NCBI GenBank assembly: GCA_021162845.1
Contig: JAGGXX010000048.1
Span: 13,397 to 77,396 of the forward strand
Source of the DNA: Thermoprotei archaeon
GTDB taxonomy: Archaea; Thermoproteota; Thermoprotei; QMSL01; B3-G16
Direction: 5' to 3'
Length of the DNA: 64,000 nt
Within the stretch, counting starts at the first letter, position 1, and each line of letters opens with the position of its first letter. The notes under the pieces are model-generated. The model searched no databases. It worked only from the letters and a program-made list of their open reading frames with translations, and was not told the origin of the DNA. Position numbers and translations under genes: made by a program. Positions 56,447 through 64,000 of the stretch are shown in pieces.

Positions 56447-56519
56447 AGGATCTCCGCCCATGAGGGTGTAAGCTCCCCATAGGAGCTCGAATATGAAGGG
56501 GTGTGGGCGGAGAAGATCC
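56447..56519 (+). ncRNA. candidate structured RNA element (nested hairpins), function unknown
   Basis: GGATCTCCGCCCA pairs with TGGGCGG-AGA-AGATCC (13 bp with a 3-nt bulge), enclosing the hairpin AGCTCC-CCATA-GGAGCT and a large asymmetric internal loop. Intergenic. ACA triplet 7 nt downstream. Confidence 0.25.
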
Positions 56520-56573
56520 GATGAGACAAAAAGCTAACCATCCCTTAAATTTTTAATGAGAGACTGAGATTGA

Positions 56574-56933
56574 TCAGGCGGTTCCCTGTCTCTCGGCTAT
56601 TAAACGCGATAAACGGAGTATTAACTGAATGCATTCATCCTTTACCTCTTCAAGGGGTATGGACCGATATAGGTAAACGTAACCTCCTTCTCTCCTCAGT
56701 ACCCTTCTCCTCTGCAGGAGCCTTAAATCCATCAACCTGCTTAGCGCCTTCTGCGCTGAGGGTCTGCTACACCCAAGCCTCTCAGCGACCTCCTTAACCG
56801 TCAAGGGGCCTTCGCTCCTCAAGAGCCTATAGGCTGCCACTTCCAGGAAGCTCAGACCCATGATGCATCGTAATATCTCGAGCGGATCACAGATACTTTG
56901 GCTCCGAGTGTTCGTCCTAGAGCACATCTGCAC
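56574..56933 (-). CDS. winged-helix transcriptional regulator
   Basis: LTVKEVAERLGCSRPSAQKALSRLMDLRLLQRRRV HTH. Probable start at the internal MGLSF. Confidence 0.6.
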   Translation of the reverse strand: MQMCSRTNTRSQSICDPLEILRCIMGLSFLEVAAYRLLRSEGPLTVKEVAERLGCSRPSAQKALSRLMDLRLLQRRRVLRREGGYVYLYRSIPLEEVKDECIQLILRLSRLIAERQGTA

Positions 56934-56971
56934 CGCCTATTAATAAGACAAGAAATCTCAGTTATTAAGGT

Positions 56972-57433
56972 GTGATACCTATGCCAGAGGAGGAAAGGGA
57001 TCCCATCTTAGAAAGGATACTATTGAGGAAGCTCAAATCGCTTATGGAACAAAGCATGAGAAAGGAGGAGGTAAGTAAGGAGCGCATAATACACGTGAGG
57101 AGCTTAAAGGAGCTAAAAGCCCTTCTGAATAAGGCCACAGGGGAGAGGAAGCCCGTTATAGTTGACTTCTGGGCACCTTGGTGTGGCCCTTGCTTAGCCC
57201 TTGCACCTGTATTTGAACGAGTAGCGAGGGAATTCGGAGATAGGGCATACTTCGTGAAGGTGAATGTAGATGAAGCAACGGAAATAGCATTCGAGTTCGG
57301 AATAATGAGCATACCTACACTTATAGCGTTCGTAAATGGAGAACCCGCGGACATACGTATAGGATACATGCCTGCTAAAGTTCTCACGAAATGGATCGGA
57401 GGCTTGATAAAGAGGGCCCTTAATGAGAGCTAG
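56972..57433 (+). CDS. trx: thioredoxin
   Basis: WAPWCGPC active site; N-terminal extension of about 50 aa. Confidence 0.85.
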   Translation: MIPMPEEERDPILERILLRKLKSLMEQSMRKEEVSKERIIHVRSLKELKALLNKATGERKPVIVDFWAPWCGPCLALAPVFERVAREFGDRAYFVKVNVDEATEIAFEFGIMSIPTLIAFVNGEPADIRIGYMPAKVLTKWIGGLIKRALNES

Positions 57434-58109
57434 AGGCATCCAAGTCGCAATTTTTATCATAATAATAACGTTATTGGCCTTTACGGTTTTAATACTAGCG
57501 AGTAGTATAAAGTGGTTAGGATATGAGGATGGATTAAGGTTAGGAAAGGAGACGAACAAGCTGGTGTTCATATACTTCTTCTCACCTACATGTCCTTATT
57601 GTAAGCTTATGGAGAGGGACACCCTGCAGGACCCTTGAATCATAGATATCCTAAGTGAGGAGTACATTCCTGTTAAAGTTAATGTGGTCGAACGCCCTGA
57701 TCTTGCGAGGAAATTCGGAGTACCAGGAGTACCATGCGTTCTGCTCATAACCCCAGACGAGAAGCCCATAAAGGGGCTTGTGGGTTATGCCTCTCCAGAG
57801 GAACTACTTAAGATCTTAAAAAGCCGTAATGAAGAGGAGAAAAGAGATAATAGGGGGAGCGATGAACTCGTGACGGCGTTTCTAGCAGGAATGTTAAGCA
57901 TACTTAACCCTTGTACTCTGCCGCTGATGATGTTGTACCTCGGATTTGGGCTTAGAGCGGGATTTATATGTTATACTGCCTTTTCGTTGGCGCCTAAGGA
58001 GAATTGCTTATGTGATTACCGCCCTATCTTGATGCGAGGACACGTCATCATGAGTGATGAGCTTCCAAGCTCGACTACGAGGGCGGGGAAATTAATTACA
58101 TTCAGCTAA
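57423..58109 (+). pseudogene. thioredoxin-like/CcdA(DsbD) fusion gene disrupted by in-frame TGA (57636-57638) and C-terminally truncated
   Basis: The ORFs 57423..57638 and 57684..58109 are in the same frame. Read through the TGA they give a signal anchor, CPYC thioredoxin-like fold (CPYCKLMERDTLQDP*IIDILSEEYIPVKVNV..FGVPGVPCVLL) and a CcdA TM motif LSILNPCTLPL. Only about 2 TM helices follow before the stop. Confidence 0.55.
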
Positions 58110-59009
58110 AGACTTCACAGGGATGAGCGCTTCAAAGACCTCTATACCACGCCAACTTATGATGACTCTTAAGCTCCATTCTCCGGAGAGCTCTACATAA
58201 TCCCCTATGTGTAACACCTTGCCAGGGACATATGTGAGTTGCGTCACGTAATATGCGTAGAAGAGTATTTCGTCCGTACGGCCCCTATAATCGGTCTCCA
58301 TGAGCGCTATTCTAAACCACTCACCGGTTTCCAGGCGCTGATCAACACGCACTAAGGCCTGACGTACGGGCCATCCATTAAGCGCTTTCACAGTGAAACG
58401 CGTCAAGAAGGCATAGCATTGAATCGACGTCCCGTTGAGGGAGCAGAGAGCTCTTCCATCTAGGAGGTCATGATAGAGTAGGTAGTACAGAGTTCTATTA
58501 TGTATCTGCTCCTCGAGAATTATGGTGATATTATAGTACGTATTTGGATATACCCATAAACCTTCCCAAGTCCTCTCTTTCCATAGAGGCGCCCAAATTG
58601 TCATGTTCAGCCAGCCTTCCTCGTTTATCCTAGTTTCTGTCACGAGCATGGCGAAGTCGCTCCTAACCACATAATGTACTCTGGGGCGCTCGCCGAGCAC
58701 GCTATAGGTCACGTTGTAGATCGCTATTATGACCCGTTTACCGCATAAAGCGCTCTTATTCTCGAGATCGGTATCCGATGAATTGATGGTGGTATATGTC
58801 AGAAGGAGGTACAACTTCACGTAATCTCCCAACACGAAGCCCTTCTCATCATGTGAGGTAGTCCTTACTTGCGGATGAGCACTGACATTATGGTCTTCTG
58901 AAGCCGCATGCACCTCGACATGGGTATTAACGCCAATGCGCTGTGATAAAGCTGCTTCATAGGTGCATGAGGTCATTATTAATATGAGAAAACACATTAA
59001 GGCGATCAT
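58092..59009 (-). CDS. hypothetical secreted/surface protein (signal peptide, many N-glycosylation sequons)
   Basis: N-terminal hydrophobic signal MIALMCFLILIMTSC, and at least 10 NxS/T sequons. Confidence 0.5.
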   Translation of the reverse strand: MIALMCFLILIMTSCTYEAALSQRIGVNTHVEVHAASEDHNVSAHPQVRTTSHDEKGFVLGDYVKLYLLLTYTTINSSDTDLENKSALCGKRVIIAIYNVTYSVLGERPRVHYVVRSDFAMLVTETRINEEGWLNMTIWAPLWKERTWEGLWVYPNTYYNITIILEEQIHNRTLYYLLYHDLLDGRALCSLNGTSIQCYAFLTRFTVKALNGWPVRQALVRVDQRLETGEWFRIALMETDYRGRTDEILFYAYYVTQLTYVPGKVLHIGDYVELSGEWSLRVIISWRGIEVFEALIPVKSLAECN

Positions 59010-59065
59010 ACTGAGCGTATTCCTCGTTACATAATCCCATTAGCCCACATTCTAAAAGTTAACTG

Positions 59066-59734
59066 TTACATGAACCACTCTATCAGTGGCGCTAATGCTA
59101 AGGCTGGAAGTAAATTTATGACCTTAACGCGCTTTAACTCAAGTAGGTTCACACCCAGGCCAAGCAGTAAGACCCCGCCGGTCGCCGTAAGGGAGTAGAG
59201 CATGTCTGTTGAGAGGGCTTGCTTAAGCAGAGAGGCTAATGCGGCTATAGATCCTTGATAAAGTAACAGGGGTACGACGCTAAACACGACGCCTACACCC
59301 ATTGATGTTGCATAGGCGACGGCCATGAAGCCATCAAGTAGGGATTTAGCGAAGAGTATGGAAGGGTTACCTAACCCGTCTTCTATTGAACCTAAGACCG
59401 TCATAGGGCCTACGCAGAAGGTTATGAATGCGGTCACCATTCCGTCGATAAAGGTGCCCTCAGCACCTACTAATCCCTTCATTAAGCCCGCAAAGGAGTT
59501 AAACCTGGACTCTAGGTCAAAGCACTCACCTATGACACCGCCTATGAGGAGAGCTAGTACTACGGGAATAGGGGAGGACATCTTCATGATCATCATTATC
59601 GAGAGACCTATCGTGGCTAAACCTATGGCATCCCTAACTATTGCGCTTAATCTCTGGGGAATGCCCTTGCGTAAGACTAGACCTATGGTGCCCCCGATGA
59701 GAACTGATGTGGCATTAACTATTGTACCCAGCAT
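59066..59734 (-). CDS. DUF554-family membrane protein
   Basis: 6-7 TM, glycine-rich helices. Resembles the DUF554 family. Confidence 0.5.
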   Translation of the reverse strand: MLGTIVNATSVLIGGTIGLVLRKGIPQRLSAIVRDAIGLATIGLSIMMIMKMSSPIPVVLALLIGGVIGECFDLESRFNSFAGLMKGLVGAEGTFIDGMVTAFITFCVGPMTVLGSIEDGLGNPSILFAKSLLDGFMAVAYATSMGVGVVFSVVPLLLYQGSIAALASLLKQALSTDMLYSLTATGGVLLLGLGVNLLELKRVKVINLLPALALAPLIEWFM

Positions 59735-59803
59735 GGAATATCATAGCCTAAGTATGGGCAAATAAACGCATAATATAGATATCCTTTAAGGAATAAATCG
59801 AAG

Positions 59804-60127
59804 TTAGTTACTCGATTCCCGGGATCCCCGTCCTTGACCCTCGGTCTTTTCCTCAGGTTTACTTTCTTCTTCTTTCTTCTCTTCCTCCTCGGGTTCCGAA
59901 GATAGCTCAGGGATCTCGGAGGTTATCTCTTCCGGTGGTGGTGTAGTAGACATAGTCCACCCAACCCATGCTACTATCCCCAGTACAGCCGATATGGCCA
60001 CGAAAGCAGTTATCTTCAGTATTAAGACATCCCAAGCGGAGAGGAATACCAACCAAAAATACAATGCTATGCCTAAGAGGCTTCCTACGAATATAAGGGC
60101 CCCGATTAACTGATCTTTACTCGCCAA
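59804..60127 (-). CDS. hypothetical small membrane protein with acidic/Lys-rich tail
   Basis: 2 TM then EEITSEIPELSSEPEEEEKKEEESKPEEK. Confidence 0.4.
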   Translation of the reverse strand: MASKDQLIGALIFVGSLLGIALYFWLVFLSAWDVLILKITAFVAISAVLGIVAWVGWTMSTTPPPEEITSEIPELSSEPEEEEKKEEESKPEEKTEGQGRGSRESSN

Positions 60128-60296
60128 GGCTCACACCTCAGACATTGCGCGTATCATTTAAACCTAAAGGGAAGTTATATATAGCTTATAGCTACGCTTG
60201 ACATTCCTTTCCATCGGGAGGAGAGCGATTATTCCTTAGGACCTAGCTGAAACTCGAATGGAAGCATTTTAATAAGCGTTAAACACCTGGAAGCAT

Positions 60297-61094
60297 GTGA
60301 TGAAGAGACTTTCAACGGGCGTGAAGAAGCTCGATGAACTACTGGCTGGAGGGATACCTCAGGGGTTCTTCGTAGCGCTTACAGGTATGCCAGGTACTGG
60401 AAAGACGATAGCATGTCTACACTTCATCTGGGCAGGCCTTAAGGAGGGGGAGAGGTGCATATACGTTACGACGGAAGAAAGCCGGGAGAGTATAGTCAGA
60501 CAGGCCGAGCAGTTTCATATGGATTTCAGGAGTGCGCTTGAAGAGGATAAGTTAGTGATAATAGATGCCCTAATGAGGGAAAAGGAGGACGAGTGGAGTT
60601 TAAAGGAGGTTTCAATCGAGGAGATGATAAATAAGGTCATATCAGCGAAGAGGCTTCTAAGGAAGAATGTCACGAGGCTCGTTATAGACTCCATGAGCGC
60701 ATTCTGGCTTAGGGCTCCAGCTAAGGCCAGGGAGGAGAGTTATGTCGTTAAGAGAATTCTAAATAAATGGCATTTCACGATATATGCCACTTCGCAGTAT
60801 GCTATAACCACAGGCGCTGCCTTCGGATGGGGCGTTGAGCACATAGCTGACGGTATAATACACTTCAGGAGGAGGCTAGTTAATGGTATGCTAAGGAGGT
60901 ATATAGTAATAGAGAAGATGAGGCAGACACCGCATGATCTTCGAGCGTGGGAGATAGATATCATTGATGGAGTAGGCCTGATGCTTCGCAGACCCTTGGC
61001 TAGAAGGATCGAGGACGAAGTCTTGCCTGAGGAAGTGATGAGAAGAATTAAGAGGAATATTAAGAGCGAGACACGAGATGATCTCGTGTGGTAG
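60297..61094 (+). CDS. KaiC-like RecA-superfamily ATPase (aRadC-type RadA paralog)
   Basis: LDELLAGGIPQGFFVALTGMPGTGKT (Walker A), YVTTEES, about 265 aa single KaiC domain. Confidence 0.8.
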   Translation: MMKRLSTGVKKLDELLAGGIPQGFFVALTGMPGTGKTIACLHFIWAGLKEGERCIYVTTEESRESIVRQAEQFHMDFRSALEEDKLVIIDALMREKEDEWSLKEVSIEEMINKVISAKRLLRKNVTRLVIDSMSAFWLRAPAKAREESYVVKRILNKWHFTIYATSQYAITTGAAFGWGVEHIADGIIHFRRRLVNGMLRRYIVIEKMRQTPHDLRAWEIDIIDGVGLMLRRPLARRIEDEVLPEEVMRRIKRNIKSETRDDLVW

Positions 61095-61435
61095 CAGGGA
61101 GGGCTCATGATGAAATGTTCAGCCGCGCCTTAGCTACCTTTAGGAGCATGTTTGAGGGGGAGAAGGGGCAAGCTTGGATTAAGCGTTGTGTGAGGAGATT
61201 ATCTTCTGTAAGGCGTCTCTCGGTTTCACCTATCATGGAGTTCTGGGTCGTGAAGGGGGATCCCTCGTTAGGGGATAGGAGGCGAACGTACATAGTTACC
61301 TATGACAAGAAACGGAGGACATACACGTGTTCTTGTTATGAGGTCATAAGAAAATACTCTAGCTGGAGGCGTAGGAGGACGTGCACTCATGTTGGTGCGG
61401 TAATACTTTACAAATTAATCAATCGCGAAGGCTAA
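61088..61435 (+). CDS. SWIM zinc-finger protein
   Basis: CSCYEVIRKYSSWRRRRTCTHVG = CxC..(n)..CxH SWIM signature. GTG start overlaps the KaiC stop; in-frame ATG at 61115. Confidence 0.55.
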   Translation: MVAGRAHDEMFSRALATFRSMFEGEKGQAWIKRCVRRLSSVRRLSVSPIMEFWVVKGDPSLGDRRRTYIVTYDKKRRTYTCSCYEVIRKYSSWRRRRTCTHVGAVILYKLINREG

Positions 61436-61514
61436 ATACTCTCATAAATTTATTATGAAAATATTGTTAATGAAAAACATTCATGGGCTTCCGGTCCGTG
61501 TTGTTTTTGTAATT

Positions 61515-63983
61515 CTATAGCCTAAGTTCCTCCTCGTAATTGGGTCTGCGGATTACGTTCCTCTTGAATACCTCTTCCTCGAGCTCGTTTAGGCGTTCGA
61601 GCATTATCTTCCTCTCTATGCTAGCTACAAGGTATCGCGTTTGTACTACGACATCTGGGTTTACGCTAACGCTATCTATGCCGTGCCGTACGAGGAATTC
61701 GGTAAACTCGGGATAGACGCTAGGCGCCTGCCCACATATGCTCACGGTTCTGCCGTACCTATGGGCCACTCTTATTAGATGAGCTATGGCCCTTCTGACA
61801 GCAGGATCTCGTTCATCGAAGTAACGTGAATCTATGGCCGGTAGTATCTGGCTATCCCTATCTGTGCCGAGGATTAACTGTGTTAAGTCATTGCTACCGA
61901 TGCTGAACCCATCACAGAGCTTGCTGAACTCATCTGCCAAGAAGATGATCGATGGGACTTCCGCCATGAACCATACCTTAAAGTCCCTTCCTCTCCTTAG
62001 GCCCTCCTCCTTTAATAACTCATTAAATCTCTCGGCCTCCCATGTGGTCCTCACGAAGGGTGCCATTACCCATACGTTCTTTAATCCGTATTCCTCCCTA
62101 ACCCTTACTATGGCCTGGCATTCAAGCCTGAACGCCTTCTCATACTGCTTGGATATGTATCGGCTAACGCCCCTCCAACCGAGCATCGGGTTATCTTCAT
62201 GCGGCTCGTATTTCTCGCCACCGACCAGCTGTCTGTACTCATTGGTCTTGAAGTCAGAGAACCTGACCACTACAGGTCTTGGGTAAATGGCCCTTGCTAC
62301 AGTCGCTACGCCCTCGCTTAGCTTATCAACGAACTTCTTCTCGTTACCTGTCTCTATCAGGTAAAGCGGGTGCTCACCTATGTATGAGGCCATTATGAAC
62401 TCTATTCTCATGAGCCCTATGCCATCGAAGGGTAGGTTCTTGTAATCCTCGATCTTCTCAGGAACGCCCAAGTTCATGTAGATCTTAGTACCGGTCGGTG
62501 GCTTGTATATAAGCTCTATAGCCGGGAGCTCTACCTTTCTCTCCTTTTCCCTCTCAGCGGGCTTGGCGTATTCCTCTAAGATTCCTTCATAGACCACACC
62601 AGCTTTAGCGTCCACGGTATAGTCCTTTCCTGTCTGTAAGACCTTCGTGGCATTTCCCGTGCCCACAATGCATGGTATACCGAGCTCTCTGCTTACTATC
62701 GCCGCGTGACAGGTCATCCCACCTTCATCCGTGATTATCGCTGAGGCTATCCTCATGTAGGGTACCCAATCAGGATTCGTCATCCTAGTGACAAGGATGT
62801 CCCCTTCCTGCATTAACTTACTAGCCTCTTCGGTCGTAAGCGCTACCTTAGCTTTACCCCACGCTATTCCTGGGCTCGCGGGAAGCCCCTTTACTACGAC
62901 TTTCCTCTCCGTGGTTACAGTTACTGCCGCCTTCTCAGCTTTAGCCTCTTCAGCCTTCGCCTTCCTAACGCTCCACACGGTCTCAGGCCTAGCCTGTACT
63001 ATGAGAACGCTATCTGGAAATGGCAAATCCTTGTCTATGGCCCACTCTATGTCCATATGCCGCCCGTAGTGCTCCTGAATTCTAACAGCTAACTTGGCCA
63101 GCTCTAAGATCTCCTCATCAGTAAGGCTTGGCTTATTACGAAGCTCCTCAGGAACTTCCGCCTCTTTGGTCTCACTAGTGTTGGGATCCCTTATGGTCCA
63201 AACGCGCTTCTCGTTAATCCTGCGCTCTACTATCTGTAGTGTACTCTTGTCAACTACGAATTCATCAGGAGTAACTGCTCCGCTAACGACCGATTCGCCG
63301 AAGCCCCAGTTAGACTCTATTACTATCTTGCTCTCATCACCAGTTACCGGGTGTAACGTGAACATGACACCAGCTGCCTTCGCGTTGACCATCTTTTGAA
63401 CCGCTACGCTGATGAGCACTCTTTCGTGCTTAAACCCCTTCTGCTCCCTGTAGAATATGGCGCGTGGTGTGAAGAGGCTCGACCAGCACTTCCTCACTTT
63501 TTCTACGACTTCATCTTCACCAACGACGTTTAGGTATGTCTCCTGCTGCCCAGCAAAGCTAGCATCAGGGAGGTCCTCCGCTGTAGCGCTTGACCTTACC
63601 GCAACAGGCAACTTTGCCTCCTTGAGTCCAACTCTATTGCATAGCTCCACATAAGCCTCACGAATTGCCTTCTCTATATCCTTTGGCATTTCAGTGCTTT
63701 CTATTAAAGCACGTATACGCCTGCTAGCCTCCTGGTATTCCTCGGGCTTCTTCTCCTTTACGACATCACTAATGATTTTATAGATTTCGTCCTTTATCCC
63801 TGTCTCCTCTATAAAGCGCTTATAAGCATAGGCAGTGACAGCGAAGCCAGGAGGAACGGGAATCCCAGCGTTAATCATCTCGCCCAAGTTTGCGTTCTTA
63901 CCACCTACAAGCGGTACGTCCTCCTTTCTGAGCTCCTCGAACCATAAGATCAAAGCCGTTTGCTTATCGACCATGTGAAGCAC
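61515..63983 (-). CDS. ppsA: phosphoenolpyruvate synthase (pyruvate, water dikinase)
   Basis: N-terminal ATP-grasp VPLVGGKNANLGEM, phospho-His domain GGMTCHAAIVSRELGIPC, PEP-utilizing C-terminal TIM barrel. 822 aa. Confidence 0.9.
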   Translation of the reverse strand: MLHMVDKQTALILWFEELRKEDVPLVGGKNANLGEMINAGIPVPPGFAVTAYAYKRFIEETGIKDEIYKIISDVVKEKKPEEYQEASRRIRALIESTEMPKDIEKAIREAYVELCNRVGLKEAKLPVAVRSSATAEDLPDASFAGQQETYLNVVGEDEVVEKVRKCWSSLFTPRAIFYREQKGFKHERVLISVAVQKMVNAKAAGVMFTLHPVTGDESKIVIESNWGFGESVVSGAVTPDEFVVDKSTLQIVERRINEKRVWTIRDPNTSETKEAEVPEELRNKPSLTDEEILELAKLAVRIQEHYGRHMDIEWAIDKDLPFPDSVLIVQARPETVWSVRKAKAEEAKAEKAAVTVTTERKVVVKGLPASPGIAWGKAKVALTTEEASKLMQEGDILVTRMTNPDWVPYMRIASAIITDEGGMTCHAAIVSRELGIPCIVGTGNATKVLQTGKDYTVDAKAGVVYEGILEEYAKPAEREKERKVELPAIELIYKPPTGTKIYMNLGVPEKIEDYKNLPFDGIGLMRIEFIMASYIGEHPLYLIETGNEKKFVDKLSEGVATVARAIYPRPVVVRFSDFKTNEYRQLVGGEKYEPHEDNPMLGWRGVSRYISKQYEKAFRLECQAIVRVREEYGLKNVWVMAPFVRTTWEAERFNELLKEEGLRRGRDFKVWFMAEVPSIIFLADEFSKLCDGFSIGSNDLTQLILGTDRDSQILPAIDSRYFDERDPAVRRAIAHLIRVAHRYGRTVSICGQAPSVYPEFTEFLVRHGIDSVSVNPDVVVQTRYLVASIERKIMLERLNELEEEVFKRNVIRRPNYEEELRL

Positions 63984-64000
63984 CCCTAAGTGTTACCATG

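Noticed and set aside
57636-57638. In-frame TGA read as selenocysteine.
   Set aside because: The position is outside the CxxC active site and no obvious SECIS-like element is apparent. Nonsense mutation or sequencing error is more likely.
60175-60184. TTATATATAG element between the small membrane-protein gene (minus) and the KaiC-like gene (plus) as a promoter call.
   Set aside because: It is plausibly a TATA box for the minus-strand gene (about 50 nt from its start) or a bidirectional element. I could not assign it to one gene from sequence alone, so it is not listed as a feature.
1-64000. CRISPR arrays, rRNA genes, IS elements or integrase/transposase genes.
   Set aside because: No regularly spaced direct repeats, no rRNA-like segments, and no ORF with recombinase or DDE motifs were seen. 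The only hint of mobility is the decayed region flanking tRNA-Met.

Overview
This 64 kb window reads as archaeal chromosomal core DNA, most likely from a crenarchaeon of the Thermoproteales type. The evidence is archaeal gene content throughout, tRNA genes with several introns at canonical and non-canonical positions, about 50 % GC, and densely packed, overlapping genes. No CRISPR array, rRNA gene, transposase or integrase was found.

**Gene content**
- Replication: Hel308, MCM, a GINS23-like subunit and a RecJ/Cdc45-like protein.
- Exosome superoperon: psmA, SBDS, Rrp4, Rrp41, Rrp42, L37ae, a Brix-domain protein, Pcc1 and prefoldin beta.
- Conserved translation and transcription cluster: Rpo7/E', Spt4, DUF359, S24e, S27ae, Kae1 and Bud32, plus aIF2-gamma, aIF5B and ribosomal proteins S28e, L7Ae, L24e, S6e, S3Ae and S15.
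- Housekeeping enzymes: PEP synthase, BirA, NAPRTase, diphthine synthase, Taw1, endonuclease V, Ham1, RibK with a RibL-like protein, and the proteasome beta subunit.
- One accessory sugar and nucleoside island: a nucleoside hydrolase next to a GH3 beta-glucosidase.

**RNA genes**
Four tRNA genes are present, all with introns: Trp(CCA) with two introns, Met/Ile2(CAT), Pro(TGG) and Thr(TGT).

**Main finding**
The proteasome alpha-subunit gene psmA appears to be interrupted by a 26-nt bulge-helix-bulge-type intron at 24506..24531. Splicing at the positions the RNA structure predicts restores the universally conserved N-terminus MGYD|RAITIFSPDGRLFQVEYA in frame. Without splicing, the conserved N-terminal helix has no start codon and is cut off by a stop.

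**Other points to follow up**
- A thioredoxin-like/CcdA gene is broken by an in-frame TGA and truncated.
- A winged-helix regulator gene beside tRNA-Met is decayed by several frameshifts.
- Three adjacent uncharacterized genes appear to form one operon.
- An aRadC/KaiC-like ATPase gene overlaps a SWIM zinc-finger gene.
- There is a candidate structured RNA in one intergenic region.
- A perfect 12-bp palindrome sits just upstream of a PadR regulator.
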